A stretch of DNA of 63,785 bases, filler included, from Sluysia triapertura (Eukaryota), in NCBI GenBank assembly GCA_046118255.1. It is 5 parts of 5 records of this genome, joined end to end, with 100 filler letters (N's around TTAATTAATTAA, not from the genome) between each part and the next. Parts side by side here need not be neighbours in the genome. Positions count along the whole stretch, not along the records: positions 25,513 to 39,721 come from JBJNIA010003337.1; 4 more parts are not named here. The stretch is one strand, 5' to 3'. The notes below the pieces were generated by a model. It had not been told where the DNA came from. It worked only from the letters and a program-made list of their open reading frames with translations, and searched no databases. Position numbers and translations under genes: made by a program. Positions 25,741 to 38,194 of the stretch are shown piece after piece (within the stretch, counting starts at the first letter, position 1; every line of letters begins with the position of its first letter).

Positions 25741-26259
25741 GAACTACAATTTACATCTTAAACTATCAAATATACATTTTAAAAATTTTACTAAAAACAT
25801 TCTTACACATAGTTCAGTATTAAATTAATCAAAATCATATTTTTCAACATTTCAACCACCTTTTTAGAAGTAACAAAACATAGGCTATAATTTATCTTTT
25901 CCACATCCACTAAACCACTCTCTGTTCAATATATTTGCAAATCACAACCTTCTAACATCCAAGCTTTATCTTATTCAAAAACATCAAATTTTATTTAGAA
26001 AATTCATATAGAACACTTCCAGCTCATACCTTACAACATTAAAATTATATTTAAGTTCACAATTCTTTAATATTTATCTATCCTAATACAAGTCAAATAT
26101 CTTGAAAATATAAAAGAAATTTAAATATTAGGAAGATTATATTCTTTACATTAAAAGGTTCATGCATTTTTAAAAGATAATAATAATAATATTGTTATTA
26201 TTATTATTATCATTTTAATTTGATAATGGCAATTTGATAATTTCAATTTGAATTATGAC

Positions 26260-26600
26260 AATCGTTAATAAGACCAGAAATAATTGGGGGACTGAGAATG
26301 TCGACTCCTGAGAGATTCCGTTCAGCAGCAATATAACCACTAAAAAACTGCCCTTGAACGAGAGAGTCGTTCAATTTGATACGTTTGCTAATGGGGTTCA
26401 AAGGACAAGATCAGGTCTAGATGACAAGTCAAGATACTTCAAAACTGGTTAACTCCAGACGGACAATGCGCAAAGTATGGTCGTAATTGAATTTACGTGA
26501 ACTATACAAGCGAACTCAAGGACAATCCATCTTGGACGTCATGTTTGACAAATCATGATAATCGAATTCGGCAACTTCTTTCATCGTTGATAGTGTTGTG
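26260..26600 (-). mobile_element. Decayed non-LTR (LINE) reverse transcriptase fragment
   Basis: Across frameshifts it reads RIKLNDSL...GISQES/ILSP(Q)LFLV..IND, matching the QxVxxxxxxS...GVPQGSILSPLLFxxYIND motif. Confidence 0.55.
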
Positions 26601-27329
26601 ATCAATGAATCATTTGATTATTTTTAATGATGACTATTAACAATTTATTATCAATGAATCATTTGACTATTTTTACGTATTTTGATTATAAATGATTAAT
26701 AATTTATATTTATCAATTGAATTTTGTAAAATTTTTGGATTTTTATAAATTTTATTAAATTTATTTTGGAAAATTAATTAATAGTAAGTATTTTAATATT
26801 TTAAAATTATTATTTTAATTTTAATTCTAATTTTTAATTTTAATTTTAATGTTTTAATTTGCAATATTTTTCAAGGTTAACTTTCAAACTATACAAGCAG
26901 CCACAATTTTGATTATTGGCACACAAAATTTTTACAAACAATAAAATTTTGCAAATCTTTAAATTGAAATTCTAACAGTGGTGGAATAATTGTAGTGATT
27001 TATATTCGACAATTACTTGGCAGAAGATAAAAAAATTTTGGCTGATATACAGACAATTTTCTTTTAATAGATTATTTTTTGTAAGATCGATATTATACAA
27101 TATCATTGAAAAATATACGTAAAATCGTATCATAGATCGATGTAACATTGCTTTTAAAATTATCATTATATAAAAATAAAATTACATAAGTAATTTTTGT
27201 AAAATCTGTATATTTTATTATTTTATATTATTTGATATAATAAAACTTTGTAGTGAAAACACAATTTGTCTTCTGATATAATCAAAAAGAAAAATAATTT
27301 TTAACTAATTAATAAAGAATTCTTATCAT

Positions 27330-27495
27330 AGAATTCCTGTAATATTATTTTAAGTAAATTAGATTAGTTACCTCCAGAATTTTAGTTAGGGAGTTAAGTA
27401 AAGTTTTGCAGCTTTAGTTAAACATCTTTTCTTTACGTTAAAATCCAACTGCTGGCCCTCGCTGGTAAGTCCAGTACGTTGGTGAACTCACGAAT
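27330..27495 (+). mobile_element. CR1/L2-like LINE 3' end
   Basis: LPPE..V-like coding remnant (cf. WNSLP..VV), then GCTGGCCCTCGCTGGTAAGTCC...GAACTCAC, shared with 10991. Confidence 0.45.
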
Positions 27496-28832
27496 CTTTA
27501 TTTTCCTCGCATTACATTTAATTTATTAATAGTTTAAATAAATTCAATTCAATTTGTATCATATTTTGAACTAAAAGTAAAAAAATTATAATTTCAAAAT
27601 GAATTGTAGTATGAAATATTCTTAAAGGTTCCCGGATAAGCTTAGAAGAATAATGATTATTATTAGAATGATTATTAATAATAAGAATTTTTAATTTTAG
27701 TACCAACTATTATCTTAATTAAAGTCTAATAATTTCTGAGGTAAAAGTAATTAATCATCAGTGGCCGAGTTTATGTTTAATTGTATCTAGAAATTGGAAG
27801 CTTGCTTACCTTCTAACTTTCTAAAATGGAAATAATTTCCTTGAATTCATAAAGCCATCTTTGGCAAGTCTTAAAATCTTCTAAAGCTTGTATCGTAAAA
27901 GTTGCAGATGTTGTAATCTATTAAAGATGGCATTAATCCATTTCCTTTTCTAAACGTGAGATATTATTTCTAATAATATTTTGGGTTTAATATATTCATT
28001 GTCTTCCTTTTTAAAATTTCCCTTTTATTATTAAATTTCATCATTTATTGCATAAAATATCTTTACTCAATAATCACAATTTTTATATTTAATAAACTTA
28101 TTGTAAATGGTCATATTTATGGAAGTGAACACCATTTTAAGGCAGCATATCTTTTAGGCCTACAAATCGACCTTGTTACTAGTCCTGCGATTTCGTTAAT
28201 GCATTTAGTCCTTGGTAATAGTTGAATTTAGTGCCATATAAAATCACAACAGAAGTACCTTTATGATTTCTATAATCAAAATTTCCCAAATACATATATT
28301 AAAAATAAATAAGATTAATAAGTGGAATTCAGTAAAAAAAATCCACAAAACCAAACGTGTGTTAAACATTAAATGCTACTATGACTCACTATTACTAGTG
28401 TTTTTGCATATACAAAGTCAAGTTCAAAACTGCAAATTATTTTTTTAATTATTTATTACAGGTATTTATCTAAGTATAAAATTATAATTTTATCTAAAAT
28501 AATTCTTGTATACATTTTTTATTTATAATATTTAACGTACATTTACACCATTATTCATAAAGCATGACTATGTCAACATGAAAATGATTGCAGTGCTTAA
28601 TCTCCTTTACAAATACCGGAAACCAAAATAGAAAAACAAAACGCTTTAAATAATAGTGTATCAAATTACATCTTGATATAAAATTACTTACTAAAACATG
28701 TAATTGCATATTTTGAAATAAGTGTGCAGTATCCACTTAAAATAATTTACAAATACATACAATTTTAAAATAGATAAGACTGACTCTGTACACGCTATAA
28801 AAAATTTAAACACACGGAAACAAAATTTACAT

Positions 28833-29238
28833 TCATAATTCGTCCTTTTCGTAATCCACTTTTATAGACCAATTTTGTCCCATAACAACTTGTGGATTAC
28901 GAATAACAAGTAATAATCGTTCAGACATATAAAAGAATTCGAGTTCAGTTAATTGGTTACCAAGTTGGTGTATGATTTTTGACGGCTTTTCTTTAAGACC
29001 ACAAATAACAACTCGTTCTAATTTTATAGGTAATGTATTACTACTGATATGAACAGGTTGAGCTGATAATGTAAAATCAGAAAATATTAATTTGAAATGG
29101 TTATATTCAAAATTTGGTGCTTTGTAATTAAAAGTATGATAATCGTCGTAATACAATTCACCAACTGATCGTGGATTAGAATCAGAATTTAAGAAAATAA
29201 CAAAAGTCAATGGATCATAACGCATTAAGAACGATGAT
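28833..29238 (-). CDS. GANAB: Glucosidase II alpha subunit (GH31), exon 3 (terminal), ending in KDEL
   Basis: Acceptor tttAG (29240-29239); phase-2 join gives RMRR-SSFLMRYDPLTFVIFL...GELYYDDYHTFNY...LERVVICG...LVIRNP...WSIKVDYEKDEL*. Confidence 0.9.
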
Positions 29239-29769
29239 CTAAATAAAATACAATTAATAACATTAGTAAAATATATAATTCAAATATAAAAATTCTTTTG
29301 AATAATTATGCAATAATGTTAACTACAATCAATTTAACTCTCTATTGCATACCTTTTCGATTGGAAATTTAACTTAAAATATTCCATAATTTAAAGAATT
29401 AAGTTGGGCTGGTTCCATATGGGATCGTTATACTTAATTTTCTTTATGTGACCTGCTAAGTGTATTTTTTAATGTTTCAAAAATTCATGCAATAAAATTA
29501 ATTAATTTTAATACTTTCAAATTCCGTTTTTTTAAAGTTATTTATTTAATTTTTATCTTTGAACCATTTTAATGGTAAGTTAACAAAAATTTTAAAAAAA
29601 TCTCATAAAATTCATGAAAATCATAAAATTAATAGTTAATAGTGTAATTGTTGATAATAATATCGATAAGATGTTAATCCAATAAATCATATACAAGGAG
29701 ATGATTGTCGCTTATTTTGTTGCCAAATTTCTTACCATGAGTTATTGCAAGTCAATAATAAAAACTTAT

Positions 29770-30240
29770 AAAAACAATTGTTGTATATTATCTAAAGAAA
29801 TAAAACAGTTGGAATAAAAAATGACGTGGAGGAAAATGCAAGAAAGACAAAACTTAATAAACATTTTTGGAATGAGATTGATTAAGGAAGTTTCTATGGT
29901 TATTTTAAGCACTAAAAGATACCTTAGAAATTTAAAAGGCCCATCAGGAAACTTGAGATTGGCTTGGAAACGTTTTGAACTTGTGAACCTGGAAACAATT
30001 TAAGATCTCATAAATTTATTTAAAAATTATTTAAACCTTGACAAGTGTTTAAGGCTTTTAAGTAACCTTGAAATTTTTTTGAAGTATTTTAGAAATGAAA
30101 TCATATTTAACACTAAATACAAATTTGATATGTTAGCATAAAGAATTAGAAAAGAACCTGGAACCCCTGAGTTCCTTAATAAAGTACCAAACAATTTTAA
30201 AAACTTAACAGAAGCTTTAAGTATAAAGTAGGATGGTCTA
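29770..30240. repeat. Dispersed repeat family C, inverted relative to 39895-40426
   Basis: The reverse complement of acttgagattggcttggaaacgttttgaac and of aaaccttgacaagtgtttaaggcttttaagtaa matches 40186-40215 and 40097-40130. Confidence 0.6.
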
Positions 30241-32590
30241 AAAATATAATTAATTAAGAAAAAATACGCCTTTATAACGTTGAATGAGGAACACTGACAA
30301 AGTTGTGCCTGTTTGTTTTAATAAAATCTTTCGATAAAGACATGGTTTGACCAAGTTCACGCATAGAAAACCTTAATATTGAGCAAAGTAAAATTTCAAT
30401 TAATTTTTTTCATATTTAGGATGAAAAAATAATGAATTAAATGAAATAATTGCTGTGAAAGAGGATAAACTAGAAATCTAAAATGTTTATAGTATATGTT
30501 TGATAATGAGAACCTTAACCACTGTTTATTAGAAAATTGAGTGTGCATAACTAAAAATGATGGTCGATCATTTAATCACATTTTTTGTTTTGTATTTAAA
30601 ATCTGAAAAATAGTACCATGAAATTACAGGAGTTGTCATTGTCGACTAGACTCTCAAAGGATATTAACATGATTTGTGTAAGGTTTGATTGTAAAACTCA
30701 AGAGTGATTGGACAATGAAGGCATAAAAGGAAGTATTTTTAAAATTTTTCACATAATAACAAAAGGCAACGATGATGACAAAACAATGCTATAAATCAAT
30801 CCATACGTAGAATACATTTATTATTGTTACTTTATTTTAAAATATTTTTATTAATTTGGGAACGTTTACTTTTAATTTAAATTTTTGAATATTGTTACTT
30901 TAACATTTTACTAATAAAATAATTATTAAGTTTTGTTATATTATTTAATTTCATTACATTATTATATTGTTATATATACATTGTTATATTTTCATTAACT
31001 TGTATTTGAAGCACACTCTCTTTTAAATTAAATTTAATATTGTTTTAATTATATTTAAATTTAAACTTTTCAGGAGCTTCATATAGCTTGTGCTGATTTC
31101 CTGTCTTTCTCACTTTTGTATATTTTTAATTTGTTGTATTCGATTTTACTAAAAAATAATTATAGCAATTTTCTATCATCATAGTTAGATCTAGACAACC
31201 ATTTTTATTGGTAATCTCAATGTTCGATACGTACTTTTACTTATCATGTTAATGGTAAAATTAGAATCCGATTTTTGAGCAGTGAAATGTGACTTCATCG
31301 GTGCTACAAGTGTTGTAAACTCTATCATTTTGCCACAAAATTCATTGATTCCACGTATTGGTTCTATAAAATTGACAATACACCAGTTTTATCATTATGC
31401 ATTTTAAAATCATTGAAAGGTAACATCGAAACCATTCAGAATACAGATACGTGATTATAGTTAACGATAAACAATATCTTTATGATTCCTAATTTTATAT
31501 TAAAACGCTTTTTAAATTTTTTAGAGAAATGTGATTTCAATACAAAAGTGCAACGACCTATCGTTAATAGACGTATACAATTTTAAATTTGCCAATTCTG
31601 TTACTGATTCAAATTCTTCTAAAGTACATTTTTCGGCTTTTATAATAATAATTTGAACACGTTTTATTTATAAGTAAAGACTTCAACGCATCGTAATCAT
31701 TAGTAAATTTAATAAAATCATAAGCGGTTAATCTTTTATCATTATCACATTCTATTTTCATAACAGTTTTAGAAATGATCGTCACCCCACAAAGCATTTC
31801 AATTATCTTTTTAAGATGAGTTAACAAATCTGGTGCAGCAAACAGTAGTAATTTTGAATTAGTGATCATCAATTCGCAGGACTGATACTCATCAGGTGAC
31901 ATATACCTGATGAACACCTTCCTGACTTGGTTTTTTATAGTTGCTCATATGATCTACGAAAATTGTGATCAATTTATCGTAAGGATTGCACTCATAACGA
32001 TTTATATAATTAAATAGATTTTCTTCAGAATTATAAAAATTCCTCTCATAAAATTCAAAATCTTTCTAAACCTAAATACAATTAAATATCTGTAATTCGT
32101 CAAATTACTATAAATTCTATAAAGGTGAGTAACATGGTCACGATCTTCGGTATTCAATTTCTTCAAAATCACATTCACGATTTTTTTGATTTTTCAATGA
32201 GCATATCATCTTCTTGCTTAACTAATAAAGATACATTCAAAATGTTCTTTATAAAATTTAAAATGATGTTAAAACTTTCTGCCGAACACGTCAAAATTTT
32301 TCTTTCAATATCAATATATTTAAAGTGCGTAATTGAAAAAAATAAAATTTAAAAATGATTTTAAATTCCCTTTAAATATTTGCATTGTCAAAAGAACGAA
32401 TGCATAATATTAATTTTCTTTTCAGGTTTACGTTTCTTCATTAAGACAAACTTGTAAATATTTATTAAATATTTACGTAATCGTTCATTAATGACAACAA
32501 ATGTATACAGTTGGAACGTGTAACAAAAACCTAAACATTTTGTAACATTAGAATATGGTTCAAAATTTTAAAATCTTTTGCTATTGCTTT

Positions 32591-32724
32591 TGTTGGGGTA
32601 CAGGCCTAAAGTGCTGTAGAATAATGATAATATAATTGATTATAAAATGAAATTGTTAGGCGGGGCTGATAGCTCAGTATGTAGAGCATCGATTCCCAGT
32701 CAGTTCATTTTATGAAGTCTAACA
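32591..32724 (+). mobile_element. tRNA-containing solo-LTR-like element, copy 3, in GANAB intron 2, with a perfect 4-bp TSD
   Basis: cttt|TGTTGGGGTACAGGCCTAAAGTG...GGGGCTGATAGCTCAGTATGTAGAGCATCGATTCCCAGTCAGTTCATTTTATGAAGTCTAACA|cttt. The anticodon arm is deleted. Confidence 0.8.
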
Positions 32725-34623
32725 CTTTTATCAATTATGTTTTAAGTGTTTTAAATCCAAACAAACTACAGGAATTTGATGTTAATAGCGTAAAATTAGT
32801 TATAATAGTGTTAAACAAGTGGTTATTAAAATAATCCGAAATATCATTTTAGGTTGAAATATGACTAAGTCAAAATAATATTTAAGCTATCAACATTTAT
32901 ACTTTCAATAAAACTAACTTAGCGCATTTTAAGTGTACAAAATTGTTAATTTTAACAATGTAATAAAAAATGGATCTCGTTCTCAATTTTTTTATAAACC
33001 ATAAATAATAAGTGTGTAGAATTTTATAAACATTTAATAAATAAAAATTTTAAATTATACTATTTGGAAAATAATAACACCGAATCGCCAACAACTCCTG
33101 AACATGGTAGATGTATTGATATAACTGATATTATTCAAAAGAGAGATGTCGATTTGTGAGTAAGTCATGTAACAATACACGAAAGAACTAATGCAAATAA
33201 AATCTCATTCAATCTAATTACATTTCTAACATAAATGAAACTCTTCTTAAAATTGTAGCAACAAAGATAGGTATTACCAATTTCTAAACCATCTTATTCA
33301 AATTATTGCAGTATCTATGACTACCGATAAAACTGAAACTGCTAAAGTTGTTCTTTACACAATGACTACTTTTGTTTATATTATGTGGCCTTCCGATAAA
33401 ACGATATCCTTAGTTTCTCGAAAATGCAATACTAAAACTTTGAAATCATCTTTTGATGCTGATAAACTTCATATTCCTATTTATGATGAAGGTAAAATAG
33501 CTGCAAAATTGCCTAATAGTAAATTGTAAATCGCCTAATCACAAATAGTAAAACTGTAGTTCATTATAAATCTTTTAAACAAAAATCGTGAATTTATATC
33601 AATCAAAAAATAAATTACTATAAAAATATATGCAGAATGTTTTGATATATGTTTAAGATTAAGTTTTGTGTATATTTGTAAAGATGATATGATATAATCA
33701 TAAGTGAAGGATTGAACCTTTAACTTTACTTAACTTTGTTTGATAAAATTATTATTATTGCTGTTATTATAATTATAATTATCAAAATTATAATAATTAT
33801 CAAAATCAAATATTCTTAATAACCAAATCTGAAAAATCTTCAAATTCTAATAATTGCATAAATGGAAAATCTTTTATTAAGCTATTTCCTGCGATTTCTT
33901 ATTGGTATTTCATAAGAGTTTTAGAATGTTACAATTTAGTATAATATAAAAGGCTTACAAAAGAATGTCAAAAGGATTATTTGTTGGTGTGAATATAAAT
34001 TAATTTTATGAATAAGATTGCAGTTTAAGACGATTAAAATTAGAGGATTTATTTTGTAATTTTAAATTATGTTATGTTTATATCTTGTGCGGATGTTTTT
34101 TTATTCTAATAAAGGTAAACTAATAACGACACTTAATATTCTTCAAATAAAATTTCCTTGTTCCTAAAAAATATTCATTACAGCTGCATTCTAAATCCAA
34201 TAAACATGCGAACTTTAAGCACATTTAAAATCAATCAACAATCAGTTTAAGAAGGAACTTTCTCAAAATTATTTAAAAGTATTATTTATAAAAAAAAGGT
34301 GTTCATTGTAAAAGAGTTTAATAAGAACGTTATAAATAAATGGTTAGGACCAAAATGATTTAATATATAACTTTGAGAATTGGTTAATTGTAAAAATGTG
34401 AATACTATTTGATGATCTAAGATTGTGATTAAGATTAAAGTTTTTGTTGATGTACAGTGATTTTGTTCCATTAGTGAATCATTTTATGTATCTGTTTACG
34501 AATTTGGTGAATGCATTAAATTATGTGACGTATGTCTTATTTTGCGAGGCGCAATTAAATACGTATTAAAAAAGTATGCAAAAAAGGTATTAGAAAAATT
34601 TTTTCGATTAAAGATATCATTCT

Positions 34624-34765
34624 TAAGTTGGACGGAAATGAAATTTGCTGCAACGTTGCATAGTTGTTAATAACTTAAAAGACATTTTGAAACACATGTG
34701 GAACGATAATTTTTTAAAATATAACAAAAATAAAAAGGGAACTCGGGTACATTTATCGGGTACAA
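34624..34765. repeat. Dispersed repeat family D, inverted relative to 60262-60403
   Basis: ttggacggaaatgaaattt...caacgttgca...gacattttgaaa...actcgggtacatttatcg matches the reverse complement of 60262-60403. Confidence 0.75.
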
Positions 34766-35586
34766 ATAATCCTTCAAAGAGCCGCAATTATATACTATAA
34801 CTTATGCGTTATGAGTTGAGCAACCACTATTGTATCTTATTAATTTTAATTGATAATGGTACTGATTGTGATTAAGAAATATAAGTGAAGTTAAATTTTG
34901 TTTTGGATTTTCTTGTAGAGTTGATTTAAGAAAAGTAATAAATAAATGCCAAATTTCTCAAGTATCTTGCGTGTTTATAAGAAATGATTATATTGTAATT
35001 CTTTAAACCAAGAATTTGTTCAAACTGTCGCACGATTTGTTCCTTGTAGTCAATTTCTTGAATATTGATGTTTAAACATTAATATTCATTGCATGGGTTA
35101 AAAAGTTATTTCGAAAAGTGCAAATGAGAAAATTTAAAATGTTCAACTTGCATTAATCAATAGAAAAACTTTATTTCCTGATGATGCCTTTGTTCATCTA
35201 TTAAAGTTGCGTCGTAGTTTAATGGGAAAATTTATTACACTACCATATTCTTATACGTATCTTCGAGATTTATTTTAAATGAAAGATATACTAAAAACAT
35301 TATTATACTTTTGGCATACAGTAATCATTTTTCCATATAAGTATAAAGTTTTGACAACTAAACGATAGAAAGTTATTGAATTACGTAAGATTAAATTTAA
35401 ATATTAAAGTATTTTTAAAAGACAAAGTGTTAAATTATGATTATAAATTGTTGTAATTCATATTGAATTCATAAAATTCATACATTGGAATTTTAAATGA
35501 GAAATTGATATGGTAATTATTGACAATCAGATTTTGGTCAAATAAATTACGATCAAAAGTAGTTATTTATTAATTATAAATAAAAC

Positions 35587-36362
35587 CTGCGCATTCTTTC
35601 TCTTCTTGGAATAATAGAACCTGCTCTGAAAAATACAGGAATTGATTTAGTATTAACCGACAATTTTACAGTAGTACCACCATAATATGGTTCCCATGAA
35701 CCTTGTAAAAACCATAGTCCATTTGGTAAATATATAGTTGTTGATTGTATTCCAGCTTCAACTATTGGTTTAACTACTAATGAACGACCTACCATAAATT
35801 GATCATCTAAAGCAAAAGTATTAGTATCACTAGGAAAATGGAACCATAATGGAGCCATGGGAGGTTCTCCACTTTGTTCAGCAATTCTGAATAATGAATA
35901 CCAATACGGTAAAAGACGATAACGTTCCATTATTGCTGATCTTACTATTCCACGATATTCTTTTGATTCAATTAAATACGGTTCTCGGCGTTTTGTGTCC
36001 AGATGAGCATGAGCTCGAAAAAAAGGATGATACGCACCAGCCTGATACCAACGTACTAATAATTCTGGCTCTGGATTGCCAAAAAACCCACCAACATCAG
36101 CACCACAAAAATGTATTCCAGCAACAGAAAGTGATAAAAGCATAGGCGTAGTTGCTTTTAAATGATTCCAATTAGCAGCATTATCACCTGTCCACACAGC
36201 ACTAGAACGTTGTGAACCTGCAAAAAAAGCTCTGGTTAATACAAATGGACGCTCTTTATGATTTGATCGCAATAATTGCCCTTCCCAGCTCGCTTTATGT
36301 ATTTGCAAACCGTACAAGTTGTGTACATCACGATGTTCCCAACCACCATTGTGACGTGCATC
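35587..36362 (-). CDS. GANAB: Glucosidase II alpha subunit, exon 2
   Basis: Acceptor 36364-36363 and donor 35586-35585. Reads DARHNGGWEHRDVHNLYG...RPFVLTRAFFAGSQR..AVWTGDN (acid/base Asp)...GADVGGFFGNP..ELLVRWYQAGAYHPFFRAHAHLDTKRREP. Confidence 0.95.
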
Positions 36363-36484
36363 CTAAATTATATTTTTTATTTAAATAAAGTTATTACGTT
36401 TTTCTAATTTAAATTTAAATGAGAATTCTTATTTGTAATATGTGAAGCATAATTATAAAATTCACATTATAGTAAAATTATAAC

Positions 36485-38018
36485 CTTAATCATAGTTACT
36501 TCTGGACCACTAAAAACAGATGGCTCTCCCATGTCATTCCAAGAAAACGTATTATTTGGTCTACTTCCTTCATAAGATAGAAATAAATTAGCCCACCAAT
36601 TTTGAACTTCAGAATCAATAAAATCCGGCCAGTTACTTGATCCTGGCCAACACCACCCTTCATATGCAGAAGAACCATCTGAACTTTTAACAAAATAATT
36701 ATTATTCAAGGCTTTGTCATATATTTCCCATCCTGGAACTCTTTTTATATGAGGATCAACAACAGTAACTAATTTTCTAGCTTTAGAGTCTAAAATATCT
36801 ATCATAGAATTTGGATTTGGAAATTTGACTTTATCCCACGTAAAATATTTTTTTTCTTCCGTATGCTCAATGTCTAACCATATAACATCATAAGGAATAT
36901 CATGATTATCAAATTGTTTGTCTACTTCCAATACATCTTGCTGATCATTATAGTTCCATCGACACTGATGATAACCTATTGCAAATAAAGGAGGTAATGG
37001 AGTAAATCCTGTTAAATCACCATATAATTTGAAAAGTTTTAATGGTGAAGTACCCATAAACAAAAACATATCTATAATTCCTGTTTCAGACATCCAATGA
37101 GTTTCAACTTTTGCTTTAACCTCAGAACTTTTTACAAAATTTATAATTTTATCAAATGTACTTAAACTTTCTAAACTTGACTGAATGTCAATCCAGGTTT
37201 CTGTTGGATTATTCCAAAACATTCCAGCTGAATTATTCGAATTATGAGCCCACATAACTGGGACAGAACCATATAATGCCATAGGACTATCTAATTCATA
37301 TTCAAATACATCTAAATTATATAATCGGTATGGTTCATTATTTACTGTGTTTCTTAAAGCAAATCTATCTGCATGTTCGGGAATTCCGTACACATATTGA
37401 AAACCAGGAAATGCAATATCAATACCCACAGAATTGTCTCCAAAAGGTCGTGTATCAGTATGCCCCTTAAACACTTCTTGAGATGTATTAGACTCAGTTT
37501 CGTTTTCATGTTTAGTTTCAACTTTAGTAGTTTCAAAATTAAATAAATTTCTAGAATTAACACTAATTAAAGGTACGTCACTTAAATATAAATCCAATTT
37601 AAACGGATTTAAATGCAAAATTCCTTTTTCATCACTTAAACCTTTAACTAATATTACCTTGTTATCATTATCGAAATTTATTTCCACGTTTTCTTTTTCA
37701 GGCTCTGATTGCAAAGAATTCAAAACGTATTCTAATAGGATATTTTTCAAAATGTTTTAGTCGAAATAATTCACCTTTCAATTTCGTAAGGTGTAATACA
37801 TATGAGACATTAATACGTGAACAAGATATAACGCAAGATAGTTCAGTTTTTAAAATTTCTATTGAATCATGCTCGATTTTGCAATTATCTTCTATTGGAA
37901 CGTAGGATCTTTGTCTCAAACAAAAACTGCTTTGACTACATGTTTTAAAATTAGATCTGTCAACTGATAAAGAAAAACCACATAAATAAAATACAATTCC
38001 AATGAGCAGTTTAATCAT
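36485..38018 (-). CDS. GANAB: Glucosidase II alpha subunit, exon 1, with one frameshift at ~37718
   Basis: ATG 38018, signal peptide, VDRSNFKTCSQSSFCLRQR, YGIPEHAD, PYRLYNLDVFEYE, GYHQCRWNY, YDVIWLDIEHT, nucleophile motif WNDMGEPSVF. Donor GT at 36484-36483 (122-bp intron). The frame changes between RFE and SLQSEP. Confidence 0.93.
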
Positions 38019-38194
38019 TGTCAGTGCGGATATCAAATTGCGCGGTTAAACTTAAGACAATTACAAACAAACTTCGAATTTTTCCATTGTAAAATCATCG
38101 GACATTATAAATTTTTGATTTTTACTATCTCGTATTGTGATATAAACTTTAGAATCTTCTGGAGAATCCACACCAAACTCTGACAATTCATGTC

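Larger units (their letters stand above)
25150..26220 (+). mobile_element. Family A copy interrupted by a spacer and a nested family B LTR end
   Basis: TGTAGTGGCCAACACTCATAAT start, close to the 46445 copy. C/A tract resumes at 25741 and reaches AAAAGGTTCATGCATTTT plus (TAT)n near 26155-26210. Confidence 0.6.

Noticed and set aside
35894-37563. ORFs 35894-36145, 36496-36693 and 37354-37563
   Set aside because: Antisense or off-frame shadows of GANAB exons.
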